This document shows, one piece after another, positions 18,458 to 27,466 of a DNA stretch of 64,000 nucleotides. Source of the DNA: Clostridia bacterium (GTDB lineage Bacteria; Bacillota; Clostridia; Oscillospirales; CAG-272); assembly GCA_017461765.1 (NCBI GenBank), contig JAFTXO010000019.1, positions 6,050-70,049 on the forward strand. Direction: 5' to 3'. The position numbers were made by a program, and so were the translations under genes. Every line of letters starts with the position of its first letter. The stretch's first letter is position 1. The notes beneath the pieces are model-generated. The model did no database searches and was not told where the DNA came from. It saw nothing but the letters and a program-made list of their open reading frames with translations.

Positions 18458-18907
18458 ATGTTCTCACGTTATTCAAAAATAAAAGTTCCGCAAAATTACA
18501 GCGGAAACAGATTTAATATCGACGAGCCTGAAATGAAAATTCATACTCCTGCCACTCAATTCAGTGTAAAAAACGCACACTCTCCCACGTTTTCTGCTTC
18601 TATGGAAGATACGTCTATTAAAGAAGATGAATATTTAAGCGAGGTGGAAAACGATTATGAGGATTTCGAGGAGGAGCAGATCGATACATACGAAGATCAA
18701 GAAGTTATCGACACTCCTACGGACGTATCGCCAAAAAGCGAAGAAAAAAGGGGATTTGATATTTCCTACTTAAAAAATCTTATATCAAATATAAATTCCG
18801 AGGAGCTTCTGATCTTAGGTATCATTCTTCTTATAGCAAGTGACAAGGATTCGTCAAACGATTCTTTAATATGGATGCTCGCTCTGCTCCTTTTGGGAAA
18901 AGAATAA
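18458..18907 (+). CDS. hypothetical protein with acidic middle region and C-terminal hydrophobic hairpin (149 aa)
   Basis: RBS GAGGGGGG upstream. C-terminal sequence is LLILGIILLIAS...LIWMLALLLLG. Confidence 0.5.
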   Translation: MFSRYSKIKVPQNYSGNRFNIDEPEMKIHTPATQFSVKNAHSPTFSASMEDTSIKEDEYLSEVENDYEDFEEEQIDTYEDQEVIDTPTDVSPKSEEKRGFDISYLKNLISNINSEELLILGIILLIASDKDSSNDSLIWMLALLLLGKE

Positions 18908-19046
18908 AGGTACTGTTGCAACGAGCACAGACCAAAAACAAGCGACGGCGAGTCGCCGATGACTTATTCGGTGAAGCTCACTTTAAATTACTTATTTCTA
19001 CACGAGGGTGAGATTAAGTTTATCAGTTAAAAAATAAAAATAAGGT

Positions 19047-19084
19047 AGATAGTTTGCATTCAAGAAAGCAAACTATCTGTTTTT
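19047..19084 (+). terminator. intrinsic terminator about 140 nt after the small-ORF operon
   Basis: Stem agatagtttgc/gcaaactatct followed by TTTTTATTTT. Confidence 0.7.
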
Positions 19085-19100
19085 ATTTTACTTGTTTTTT

Positions 19101-19225
19101 AGGCGCGACTGCTACTCTGCCGTACAAAGTACGCCACGAGAACCCCAAGCCTCGTTCCTCGGCTTGAGGACCCCTACCGACGTGTACGAGTTCACACCTT
19201 CTGCACTCGTTTCACGAGTCCATTT
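19101..19225. ncRNA. candidate structured small RNA (orientation unresolved, family not recognised)
   Basis: GC-enriched island in AT-rich DNA. Three consecutive hairpins at 19119-19135, 19144-19169 and 19181-19216. Bracketed by terminators at 19047-19084 and 19229-19264. No credible ORF. Confidence 0.25.
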
Positions 19226-19228
19226 TCG

Positions 19229-19264
19229 AAAAACAAGCTGTCGCCAAATCGACAGCTTGTTTTC
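19229..19264. terminator. bidirectional intrinsic terminator
   Basis: Stem acaagctgtcg/cgacagcttgt with A5 upstream and TTTTC downstream. It immediately follows the stop of the minus gene at 19265. Confidence 0.75.
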
Positions 19265-20119
19265 TTATTCCAACGAAATTGCTTTTATATAACGCTCAAC
19301 TCTTCCGATTTGAATATTATCAAATACATTCGAATGCAAGGTTGTGTCTACTTGCTTGGAATGAGAAATTACAAAATCTATAACCGTTCTACCTAAAAGA
19401 TGCGTTACCGAAAGCTTTACATTCTCTTTTTCGCATATATATTTCAAAAATTCCATTCGCAAATTTAATGTTGGTGCATCAATAATATCATTAGGGCCTG
19501 ATGCAAGCATACTTTGAGTGGAAAAGGAAATTTTGGTTTTGCCGATCAAGGCTTCTGTGGTAATATATATTGGAGATCTGAAATCCATTTCACTAAATAT
19601 GAAGAAAATATTTATCGATATCATTTCCACAAAATTGATATTTATAGGACAGGCAATCTGCTTTTCTTCGATATTAACGCTTTTATAACAAAACTGCTTT
19701 TTTAAGCATAGCTTTTTATAAATATCGGATAAAAGCTTACATAAATCAACGCCTCTTTTAGCTTTTGACATATTTTCATCGGATAGAGAAAACATTCTTT
19801 TTATTTTAGAAATATTCTCTTCGTTTTTAAAATATTCATTATTCAAAAACAAAAATTCAGCTATCTTTGCATACCTTTTTGAAAAAACCTTCATTATTGC
19901 TTTGAAATAGACATCGTCCTTAGAATCAACTATATCGAGCTTTTCTCTGTACATAGTGTTTTTTCTGAAAATATCCTCATCTATCTTTTCGTATATACTC
20001 TTTTTAACATCTAACTTTGGAAACACGCGCTTTGCCTTTAAATTCAAATATATTATCTCGCTTGACATATTCGCCATCACAAGAGGTAAGCGTCTTATTT
20101 CATCTTTTTCTATATTCAT
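19265..20119 (-). CDS. hypothetical protein (possible degenerate PAS / histidine-kinase-like fold)
   Basis: 284 aa with no catalytic motifs. Only a weak resemblance of the N-terminus to PAS and of FVEMISINIFFIFSEM to a kinase N-box region. Confidence 0.4.
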   Translation of the reverse strand: MNIEKDEIRRLPLVMANMSSEIIYLNLKAKRVFPKLDVKKSIYEKIDEDIFRKNTMYREKLDIVDSKDDVYFKAIMKVFSKRYAKIAEFLFLNNEYFKNEENISKIKRMFSLSDENMSKAKRGVDLCKLLSDIYKKLCLKKQFCYKSVNIEEKQIACPININFVEMISINIFFIFSEMDFRSPIYITTEALIGKTKISFSTQSMLASGPNDIIDAPTLNLRMEFLKYICEKENVKLSVTHLLGRTVIDFVISHSKQVDTTLHSNVFDNIQIGRVERYIKAISLE

Positions 20120-20185
20120 TTTTTATATCTTTATTGCATTTTCCTTTCTGTTATGGTAGAATTAAAATGATTGGAGGTTTTATTT

Positions 20186-21130
20186 ATGAATTCAAGCTCT
20201 CAAAAAAACTCTGTTGCACTTACAAAGATTATAAAAGATTTTAATCTTGAGGTAGTATATGCTTCCGAAAATCTTGATAAGGTAAATATATCCCGTGCCG
20301 AGATCAACCGTCCCGGTCTTTCGCTTACAGGATTTTTCGATTATTTCGACCCTCAGAGAATTCAAGTACTCGGAAGAGTCGAGGCTATTTATTTAAGCAA
20401 GCTCACCCCCGATGAGCGAATTGTAAGATTAGGAAACTTTTTGGAAATGAGACCTGTGTGTATTGTTATTGCAAGAAACATTGAGCCGTTTCCCGAACTG
20501 GTCGATCTCGCTAAGCAATTCGACATTCCGATCCTGCGTACACCTATGTCGACCTCTTCCTTCATTTCCATGATAATATCTGCTCTTAATGTATATCTTG
20601 CTCCCAAGATCACACGTCACGGGGTTTTGGTCGAGGTATACGGTATCGGTGTTCTTATTCTGGGTGATAGCGGAATTGGAAAAAGTGAGACCGCTATCGA
20701 GCTTATAAAGCGCGGTCACCGTCTTATTGCGGATGATGCTGTTGAAATAAGCAAGGTATCCGAAAAAACGCTTGTCGGACAAGCTCCGGCTATTATAAGA
20801 TATTATATGGAGCTTCGCGGAATAGGAATCGTTGATGTCAGAAGAATTTTCGGTATGGGTGCTGTTAAGGAAACCGAAAAAATCGAACTCGTTATTAAGC
20901 TTGAGCCTTGGGTACAGGGTAAGATGTACGACAGAATGGGTCTTGACAACGAAAGCATCGAGATACTTGGAATAAATGTTCCCTCTATTACCGTTCCTGT
21001 TCGTCCCGGAAGAAACCTTGCGGTTATTCTTGAAATTGCCGCTATGAACTTCCGTCTTAAGATGACAGGATATGATACAGCTAAGGAGTTTAACAAAAAG
21101 CTCGAAGAGGAGTTTATGAAAAATACGTAA
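20186..21130 (+). CDS. hprK: HPr kinase/phosphorylase
   Basis: P-loop GDSGIGKSE and LIADDAV motifs, 314 aa. Start moved to ATG behind the GGAGG RBS. Confidence 0.92.
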   Translation: MNSSSQKNSVALTKIIKDFNLEVVYASENLDKVNISRAEINRPGLSLTGFFDYFDPQRIQVLGRVEAIYLSKLTPDERIVRLGNFLEMRPVCIVIARNIEPFPELVDLAKQFDIPILRTPMSTSSFISMIISALNVYLAPKITRHGVLVEVYGIGVLILGDSGIGKSETAIELIKRGHRLIADDAVEISKVSEKTLVGQAPAIIRYYMELRGIGIVDVRRIFGMGAVKETEKIELVIKLEPWVQGKMYDRMGLDNESIEILGINVPSITVPVRPGRNLAVILEIAAMNFRLKMTGYDTAKEFNKKLEEEFMKNT

Positions 21131-21145
21131 TTATATAATGATCCC

Positions 21146-21181
21146 AAAAAGAGGTTGCCGTTAATGCGACAACCTCTTTTC
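21146..21181. terminator. bidirectional intrinsic terminator
   Basis: Stem aagaggttg/caacctctt with flanking A and T runs. Confidence 0.75.
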
Positions 21182-21202
21182 TATATCAGATATGCTTTAA
21201 AG

Positions 21203-23392
21203 TCATTTTACCTCAACTATATGATAAAGTCTTGAAGGATATGAGATGAAATCATATTCAAGGAAAAGACCGATATTCATAAGTGCCGCGCCGAGATATT
21301 TTTCTTCTGAATCATTTACAGTATACCAAGCGTTTTCTTTAAGTCCCTTCAATTTTACGTATTGAGGAGCAGTCGATGCATCGCTTTCATATCTTACTGC
21401 GCAAACAAGAGCCTCGCTCTTATCATCTTTAGTTACCTGCCATGCGCAGTAAAGGCTCTCTTCGGGATGGAAAGGAGTCAAAAGGCGGTAGTAATCGCCG
21501 TATTGGATAAGATCGTAATATTTCTTGAATTCCTTTATCTGACGCGCGATCTCCGCTTTTTCGTCATCGGTCATTTTAGTTACATCAAGCTCAAGACCGT
21601 ATGTTCCGAAATAAGCAACATTTCCTCTTGTTTTTAGGGGAGTTGTACGAGCATTTCCGTGGTTCGGGCATACGGAAACGTGCGCTCCCATAGTGCGTAC
21701 TGGATATGCAAATGACGTGCCGTACTGTATTTTAAGTCTATCTATTGCGTCGGTATTATCGCTCGTCCATACCTGAGGCATATAATAAAGCATTCCGCAA
21801 TCGAAGCGTCCACCGCCACCTGAGCAGCTTTCAAAAAGAATATGCGGGAATTTAGATGTTATTCTTTCAAGAAGCTCATACAAGCCGAGAATATATCTAT
21901 GAAATACCTCGCCCTGTCTTTCAGTGGGAAGGGATATACTGTAAAGGTCGGTTATATGTCTGTTGAAGTCCCACTTTACATAGTCGATCTTAGTGCTTTC
22001 AAGTATCTTTACGAGCTGATTATAAATATTATCTCTTACTTCCTTACGAGTAAAGTCGAGAACATATTGGTTTCTTGAAACCTGAGGGGTTCTGCCAGGC
22101 ATCGCGAATGCGTAATCGGGATGAGCTCGATAAAGATCACTGTCCGCAGAGATACATTCAGGCTCAAACCAGATACCGAATTTAAGTCCTTCTTTATTTA
22201 TTCTTTCGGAAAGGTTTTTAAGTGTTCCCTGAAGCTTCTTTTCATTTACGATCCAGTCACCGAGGGCGCATCTGTCGTTATCTCGCTTTCCGAACCAGCC
22301 ATCATCCATAACAAAGAGCTCCACGCCCATTTTTGCGGCATCATGAGCCATAGAAACGAGCTTGTCTGCATTGAAATCGAAATATGTACCCTCCCAGTTG
22401 TTTATAAGGACGGGACGAACAGCATTTTTGAATTCACCGCGGCAGAGATTTTCTCTTATTGCCTTATGGAAGCTGTTTGACATTTTGCCAAAGCCCTCGC
22501 CGCTATACACCATAGCAACCTCAGGACAAATAAACACATCGTTTGGCAATATTTCAAACTTGAAGTTTTCGTGATTTATACCCATCGTAAGACGAGTTTT
22601 TTCCTGATGATCCTTTTCTGCGCATATTTCAAAGTTTCCGCTATAAACGAATGCAAGCCCCCATACGCTTCCGTAATCCTCGGTCGCATTTTTATCGCAT
22701 ATCATTGCAAAAGGGTTCTGCATATGGCTTGATGCGCCTCGTATGCTTGATACGACGGCTTTGGAATGCTCAATTCTTTTTCTTTCAAGCATTCTCTCCC
22801 TTGCGTGTCTGCCGTGGAAGTATACCATATCGTATTCTCCGTCAGGGAAATCAAGAGTTACTGTCAATGCTTTTTCAAGACTGATTTTTGCATCTGTTTT
22901 ATTTTCTACGATAACTGCACGGGTTATAAGATCCTTTTCTTCAAAAACGCCGTACATCAAGTGAAAATAGACATCGTGAACCTTGTCCTTCAAGGTTACC
23001 TTCAAGCTTTGCGCTTCCTCGCCGTAAAATGCAGGTAAGCCGCTTAAAGAATATTTACCGCTTGTAATTTCGGCGCTTACAAATCTGGGCTCACAGCCAA
23101 GGCTGCCGTCGGTATTTCTTACAGACATCTGAGTAAGGCGAAAATCTCCTACTCCTGCACAAGAAAGCTCCTGCTTTTCGTGGCTATATGAAATATATTT
23201 TTCAACATCCTGCACATTGGGTGAAAATGCTGTGCCCCAAGTACGATTTACCAAGGACATATCCATATATTCCATTTTATTTCCGTAATATGTATGTATG
23301 AGCATACCTATTTCATTAACCTTCATTTGATACATCGTATTTTTTGTATACAAAGTATAGGTTTGATCTTTTTTGTTTTCAATGATTGCCAT
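21203..23392 (-). CDS. alpha-galactosidase, GH36
   Basis: 729 aa with YVKWDFNR and CSGGGGRFD catalytic-region motifs. Confidence 0.9.
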   Translation of the reverse strand: MAIIENKKDQTYTLYTKNTMYQMKVNEIGMLIHTYYGNKMEYMDMSLVNRTWGTAFSPNVQDVEKYISYSHEKQELSCAGVGDFRLTQMSVRNTDGSLGCEPRFVSAEITSGKYSLSGLPAFYGEEAQSLKVTLKDKVHDVYFHLMYGVFEEKDLITRAVIVENKTDAKISLEKALTVTLDFPDGEYDMVYFHGRHARERMLERKRIEHSKAVVSSIRGASSHMQNPFAMICDKNATEDYGSVWGLAFVYSGNFEICAEKDHQEKTRLTMGINHENFKFEILPNDVFICPEVAMVYSGEGFGKMSNSFHKAIRENLCRGEFKNAVRPVLINNWEGTYFDFNADKLVSMAHDAAKMGVELFVMDDGWFGKRDNDRCALGDWIVNEKKLQGTLKNLSERINKEGLKFGIWFEPECISADSDLYRAHPDYAFAMPGRTPQVSRNQYVLDFTRKEVRDNIYNQLVKILESTKIDYVKWDFNRHITDLYSISLPTERQGEVFHRYILGLYELLERITSKFPHILFESCSGGGGRFDCGMLYYMPQVWTSDNTDAIDRLKIQYGTSFAYPVRTMGAHVSVCPNHGNARTTPLKTRGNVAYFGTYGLELDVTKMTDDEKAEIARQIKEFKKYYDLIQYGDYYRLLTPFHPEESLYCAWQVTKDDKSEALVCAVRYESDASTAPQYVKLKGLKENAWYTVNDSEEKYLGAALMNIGLFLEYDFISYPSRLYHIVEVK

Positions 23393-23529
23393 ATAAGTTC
23401 TCCTTTTTCATAATACAATCTTATTTTAACATAAATATAATTATGTTTGCAATAATTTCATAAAAATATTGAAGTTTTTTTGTTTTTATGATACAATAGG
23501 CTTAATAATGTAACTTTAAGGAGAAAAAG

Positions 23530-24165
23530 ATGATCAAAAACACTTTTTTGAGTTCATTTCTCTCCGGACTTTTTATTTCGATCGGCGGCACTGTATTTAT
23601 TGCCTGTGCTTCCACGCTTAACAGTTCGGGAAATAGTGAATTCACTCACAAAATCATCGGTTCGGTAATGTTCTGCGTTGCGCTTTTGTCTATATGTATG
23701 CTTGGACTTTACCTCTTTACCGGAAAGGTCGGCTATCTTGTAAACGACCACTCAAAAAACGCTGTAATAGCTATTGTGACAGGACTTATCGGTAACTTTG
23801 TCGGCTCTACGCTTTTCGGAGTTATCACAAGCTTCTCGTCTCCCGCAATTCACGAATTTGCAAAGACGATGTGCGCGTCCAAAGTTGCTCTTAACCCGTT
23901 TGTAGTTCTTTTCTATGGAATTATGTGCGGTATTCTTATGTTTACAGCGGTACATACTTACAGAGAAAACAAGACATTTATCGGTATTTTATTCTGCGTT
24001 CCCGTATTTATAATCTGCGGATTTGAGCACTCGATCGCTGATATGTTCTATTTTGGAGCTGCAAGAGCATTTACGATTGATTACCTATGGTTTATTGTAG
24101 TCGTTATAATTGGTAATGCCATCGGCGGTATGCTCATTCCTTTTGTAAAGAAATTTATAAAATAA
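23530..24165 (+). CDS. formate/nitrite transporter (FNT) family channel, short form
   Basis: Six hydrophobic segments and a GFEHSIADMF motif. Confidence 0.7.
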   Translation: MIKNTFLSSFLSGLFISIGGTVFIACASTLNSSGNSEFTHKIIGSVMFCVALLSICMLGLYLFTGKVGYLVNDHSKNAVIAIVTGLIGNFVGSTLFGVITSFSSPAIHEFAKTMCASKVALNPFVVLFYGIMCGILMFTAVHTYRENKTFIGILFCVPVFIICGFEHSIADMFYFGAARAFTIDYLWFIVVVIIGNAIGGMLIPFVKKFIK

Positions 24166-24172
24166 AAGCTTA

Positions 24173-24199
24173 AAAAACTGCCGATATCGGCAGTTTTTT
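24173..24199 (+). terminator. intrinsic terminator after FNT gene
   Basis: Stem actgccgat/atcggcagt followed by a T run. Confidence 0.75.
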
Positions 24200-24206
24200 A
24201 TTAACG

Positions 24207-24243
24207 AAAAAACAACGGTGGAAACCACCGTTGTTTTGTTTTT
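24207..24243 (-). terminator. intrinsic terminator after solute-binding lipoprotein gene
   Basis: Stem caacggtgg/ccaccgttg flanked by A and T runs. Confidence 0.7.
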
Positions 24244-25864
24244 AATCGTTGCTATCGTCGTAAGCTGCCCAGTTCATGTTCCAGCTTTCAACGATTGTTC
24301 TTGCTGTTCCTTCTGCCTCTTGGAAGAGTGCGTTGAAGTTATCCTTGTTATCAGCATGAGCATCGTTTCTTACAGCACTGAGAAGACCTGCCCAACCGGA
24401 TGTGATTTCTCCTACATCATAGAAGATGTTAGCAAATACTTGCTCTTTGAGAATTCTCATATCAGCTTCATAGTCAGATGAGAGCTTAAGCTCGATATTA
24501 TCATAATATGTTGACATAACATATTCCTCACCTGTCCACATAAGAACGTCGAGGAAGTATTCTGACATATCTCTGTCAGCTGTTACCCTAGGAATACAAA
24601 TAAATGTAGGCTGTGCGTTATTTACAGGTGCGCAGTAGTTTTCTTGGTCAATATTGAGCTTCGGGAATGGCAATACGCCAAGCTCGAAGTTGATATCGCT
24701 CCAGTTATCAAGAGCCTGTGCAGCATCATTATAGAAGAGTACACGGCTATCAAGGAACGCTGTACACATGTTTGAGCCCCAATCTCCGCCCCAGTTTACT
24801 CTGCACCATTCGCTACCTGTGTTACATTCGATGATCTTGGAAACGATCATAGTAGCCTTAGCATCGTTAAGTGTGATATCGTACATACCGTCGATAACAG
24901 AAGCCTCAGCTACACCAAAGTATTGATAGAATTTTGTAAGTGTCTTAGTTGCGAAGCCGTATTTGTCATCGTCATCCTGTTGGTGGTTACCGTTTTCATC
25001 ACCGGAGATAGCACGAGCCAAGCTTGTCATAATGTCGTATGTCCAGCCGCCTTCTTCAACGAGAGCGTAAAGTGCTGCACTGTCAGCGCCGCCCAAGGAT
25101 TCAAGAAGATCCTTGTTAAAGAAGATCATATGAGCCAATTGCTCATCTGAGAAGCCGTAGTCACCGCCTGCAAAGAGTGTTACGTTTGCAACTGTCATGC
25201 ATTCGTATACTACCTGGCTATAGTAAGGACGATCAAAGTCAATATATTCGCTGGTGCTCATATCATATACCAAGTTTACAAGCGCTTGTACTTCTTGAGC
25301 ACGGGGAATAGCGATTTCGTATGTTACATTTTCAGCATTTGCTGCTTCTGTAAGGTCTGTTGTAATGTTCTGAGCATCTTGTGCCTCTACCCAGTTAACT
25401 GTTACTCCGTAGAGCTCCTCAATTTTTGCCTGACGTGCTTCGTAGGCTGTATTGAATGCCTCTCCGTATGCTGCAGGATTAAGCTCAAACTGTCCCCAAG
25501 GCGCACCTGCTGTTTCGCCGTATCTTGTGCACAATACATTAAGAGTGCTACCCGACCAAGTATCTTTGATTACTTCCTTGGGATCGATCTTTTCAGAGTC
25601 GTTCGGGTTGGTAGTTGTAGATGTGCTTGTTGAAGTGTCCGTTGTTGTGTCTGTAGATGTCGGTTCGTCTGTGGATGTCACATCATCCGTAGATGTTTGA
25701 TCATTTGTAGATGTTTCTTCCTTTGTAGATGTTTCTTCATCTACTGTGGTTGTTTCTTCTTTTTTAGAACTGCTTTCATCGTCTCCGCCTTCATCTTTTG
25801 TACAAGAAACGATAGCAGGAAGAAGCATCAACACTACAAGTAAAAGTGCGAAAAATCTTTTCAA
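24242..25864 (-). CDS. large extracellular solute-binding lipoprotein (ABC-type, orphan) with acidic S/T linker
   Basis: Lipobox IVSC and linker ETSTKEETSTNDQTSTDD. The mature part is of the size and composition of LplA-like sugar-binding proteins. No permease genes are adjacent. Confidence 0.5.
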   Translation of the reverse strand: MKRFFALLLVVLMLLPAIVSCTKDEGGDDESSSKKEETTTVDEETSTKEETSTNDQTSTDDVTSTDEPTSTDTTTDTSTSTSTTTNPNDSEKIDPKEVIKDTWSGSTLNVLCTRYGETAGAPWGQFELNPAAYGEAFNTAYEARQAKIEELYGVTVNWVEAQDAQNITTDLTEAANAENVTYEIAIPRAQEVQALVNLVYDMSTSEYIDFDRPYYSQVVYECMTVANVTLFAGGDYGFSDEQLAHMIFFNKDLLESLGGADSAALYALVEEGGWTYDIMTSLARAISGDENGNHQQDDDDKYGFATKTLTKFYQYFGVAEASVIDGMYDITLNDAKATMIVSKIIECNTGSEWCRVNWGGDWGSNMCTAFLDSRVLFYNDAAQALDNWSDINFELGVLPFPKLNIDQENYCAPVNNAQPTFICIPRVTADRDMSEYFLDVLMWTGEEYVMSTYYDNIELKLSSDYEADMRILKEQVFANIFYDVGEITSGWAGLLSAVRNDAHADNKDNFNALFQEAEGTARTIVESWNMNWAAYDDSND

Positions 25865-26012
25865 AATTATTACCTCCTTGAATTTATAATCATTTCGCCT
25901 TTAGCATTATATCATAAATGTATACAAAAAATCAAGATATTTTGATTAATTTTTTATTACATTTGATATTTTATAATTATAAAATACTAATTTAGTGTAT
26001 TTTTATGGAACA

Positions 26013-27449
26013 TCAATATGCTTTTCCCCAATATACGAGCTTATCTGTAGGCTTGCCGCATACTATACATTTTCCTGCTTCGCCCTGTTCGTCAAACGGC
26101 ATACAGCGTGATGTTACATCAGCGAGCTCCTTAAGCTTAAGCTCACATTCCTCGCATCCGCACCAATGTGCTCTTATATAGCCCGATTTGGTCTTTGCGG
26201 TTTCGATAAAGCTATCAAGCTCTGTTTCGGTATAGGTTCTGTTCTTTCTGTTTTCAGCGGCTTTATTATAAAGTCCCTTTGTTATATCTGCAAGAAGTGC
26301 GGGTATCTCTGTTTCAAGAGAGTCAAGAGAAACGATCTTTTTCTCTCTTGTATCACGGCGTACCAATACGCATTGATTTGCTTCGATATCGCGAGGTCCA
26401 ATCTCAAGACGGAGCGGAACGCCCTTCATTTCGTATTCTGCATATTTCCATCCGGGTGAGTTGTCGCTTATATCGATTTTTGCTCTTGCAAATTTATTTA
26501 CTCTTTCGAATATCTCAGTAGCCTTTTCTATAACTCCTGGCTTATGCTGAGCACAAGGAATAACCACGAGCTGTACAGGTGCTATCGCAGGCGGTAACAC
26601 AAGTCCGCTATCGTCGCCGTGTGTCATTATGATAGCACCGATAATTCTCGTCGATACGCCCCAAGATGTCTGGTGGCAATATTTAAGTGTATTATCCTTA
26701 TCGAGATACTTGATATCAAATGCTTTTGCAAAGCCGTCGCCAAAATTATGAGAAGTTCCGCCTTGAAGAGCTTTACCGTCGTGCATAAGCGCTTCTACTG
26801 TATAGGTATCCTTTGCTCCTGCGAACTTTTCCTTATCGGTCTTTCTTCCCTTAAGCACGGGAATTCCAAGATCCTCCTCGAAAAATTCAGCATAAACTTC
26901 GAGCATTTGAATCGTTTCATTTTCCGCATCCTCCGCGGTTGCGTGCATTGTATGTCCTTCCTGCCACAAAAATTCGCGGCTACGAAGGAAGGGACGAGTC
27001 GTCTTTTCCCATCTTACAACGCTGCACCATTGGTTATAGAGCTTGGGAAGGTCTCTGTATGATTTTATTATATTTGCATAATGCTCACAGAAAAGTGTTT
27101 CCGACGTAGGTCGTACGCAAAGACGCTCCGTAAGCCGTTCACTACCGCCGTGTGTTACCCATGCAACCTCGGGTGCAAAGCCTTGTACGTGGTCTTTCTC
27201 TTTATTAAGGAGTGATTCGGGAATGAACATCGGCATATATACATTTTCTACGCCTGTTTTCTTAAATCTTGCATCAAGAAGCTTTTGAATGTTTTCCCAG
27301 ATTGCGTATCCGTAAGGACGAATTATCATACATCCTTTTACGCTGGAATAATCAATAAGATCGGCTTTTTTTACAACATCAGTATACCATTTTGCAAAAT
27401 CCTCTTCCATTGATGTTATTTGCTCGACCATTTTCTTTTCGTTCGCCAT
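26013..27449 (-). CDS. proS: proline--tRNA ligase (archaeal/eukaryote-like short form)
   Basis: 478 aa with class II motifs ([24 protein letters not shown]) and a C-terminal Zn-binding CGCEEC...CIVCG. Confidence 0.92.
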   Translation of the reverse strand: MANEKKMVEQITSMEEDFAKWYTDVVKKADLIDYSSVKGCMIIRPYGYAIWENIQKLLDARFKKTGVENVYMPMFIPESLLNKEKDHVQGFAPEVAWVTHGGSERLTERLCVRPTSETLFCEHYANIIKSYRDLPKLYNQWCSVVRWEKTTRPFLRSREFLWQEGHTMHATAEDAENETIQMLEVYAEFFEEDLGIPVLKGRKTDKEKFAGAKDTYTVEALMHDGKALQGGTSHNFGDGFAKAFDIKYLDKDNTLKYCHQTSWGVSTRIIGAIIMTHGDDSGLVLPPAIAPVQLVVIPCAQHKPGVIEKATEIFERVNKFARAKIDISDNSPGWKYAEYEMKGVPLRLEIGPRDIEANQCVLVRRDTREKKIVSLDSLETEIPALLADITKGLYNKAAENRKNRTYTETELDSFIETAKTKSGYIRAHWCGCEECELKLKELADVTSRCMPFDEQGEAGKCIVCGKPTDKLVYWGKAY

Positions 27450-27466
27450 GTTTTTAAATTACCTCT

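Noticed and set aside
19092-19292. 66-aa plus-strand ORF inside the GC-rich intergenic island.
   Set aside because: It has no RBS, it crosses a terminator hairpin into the convergent gene, and its composition is implausible. The region is better explained as structured RNA or noncoding.
25865-26012. Possible terminator after proS (aatcaa..ttgatt).
   Set aside because: The stem is only 6 bp and entirely A/T, and the tract is weak. It is not convincing.
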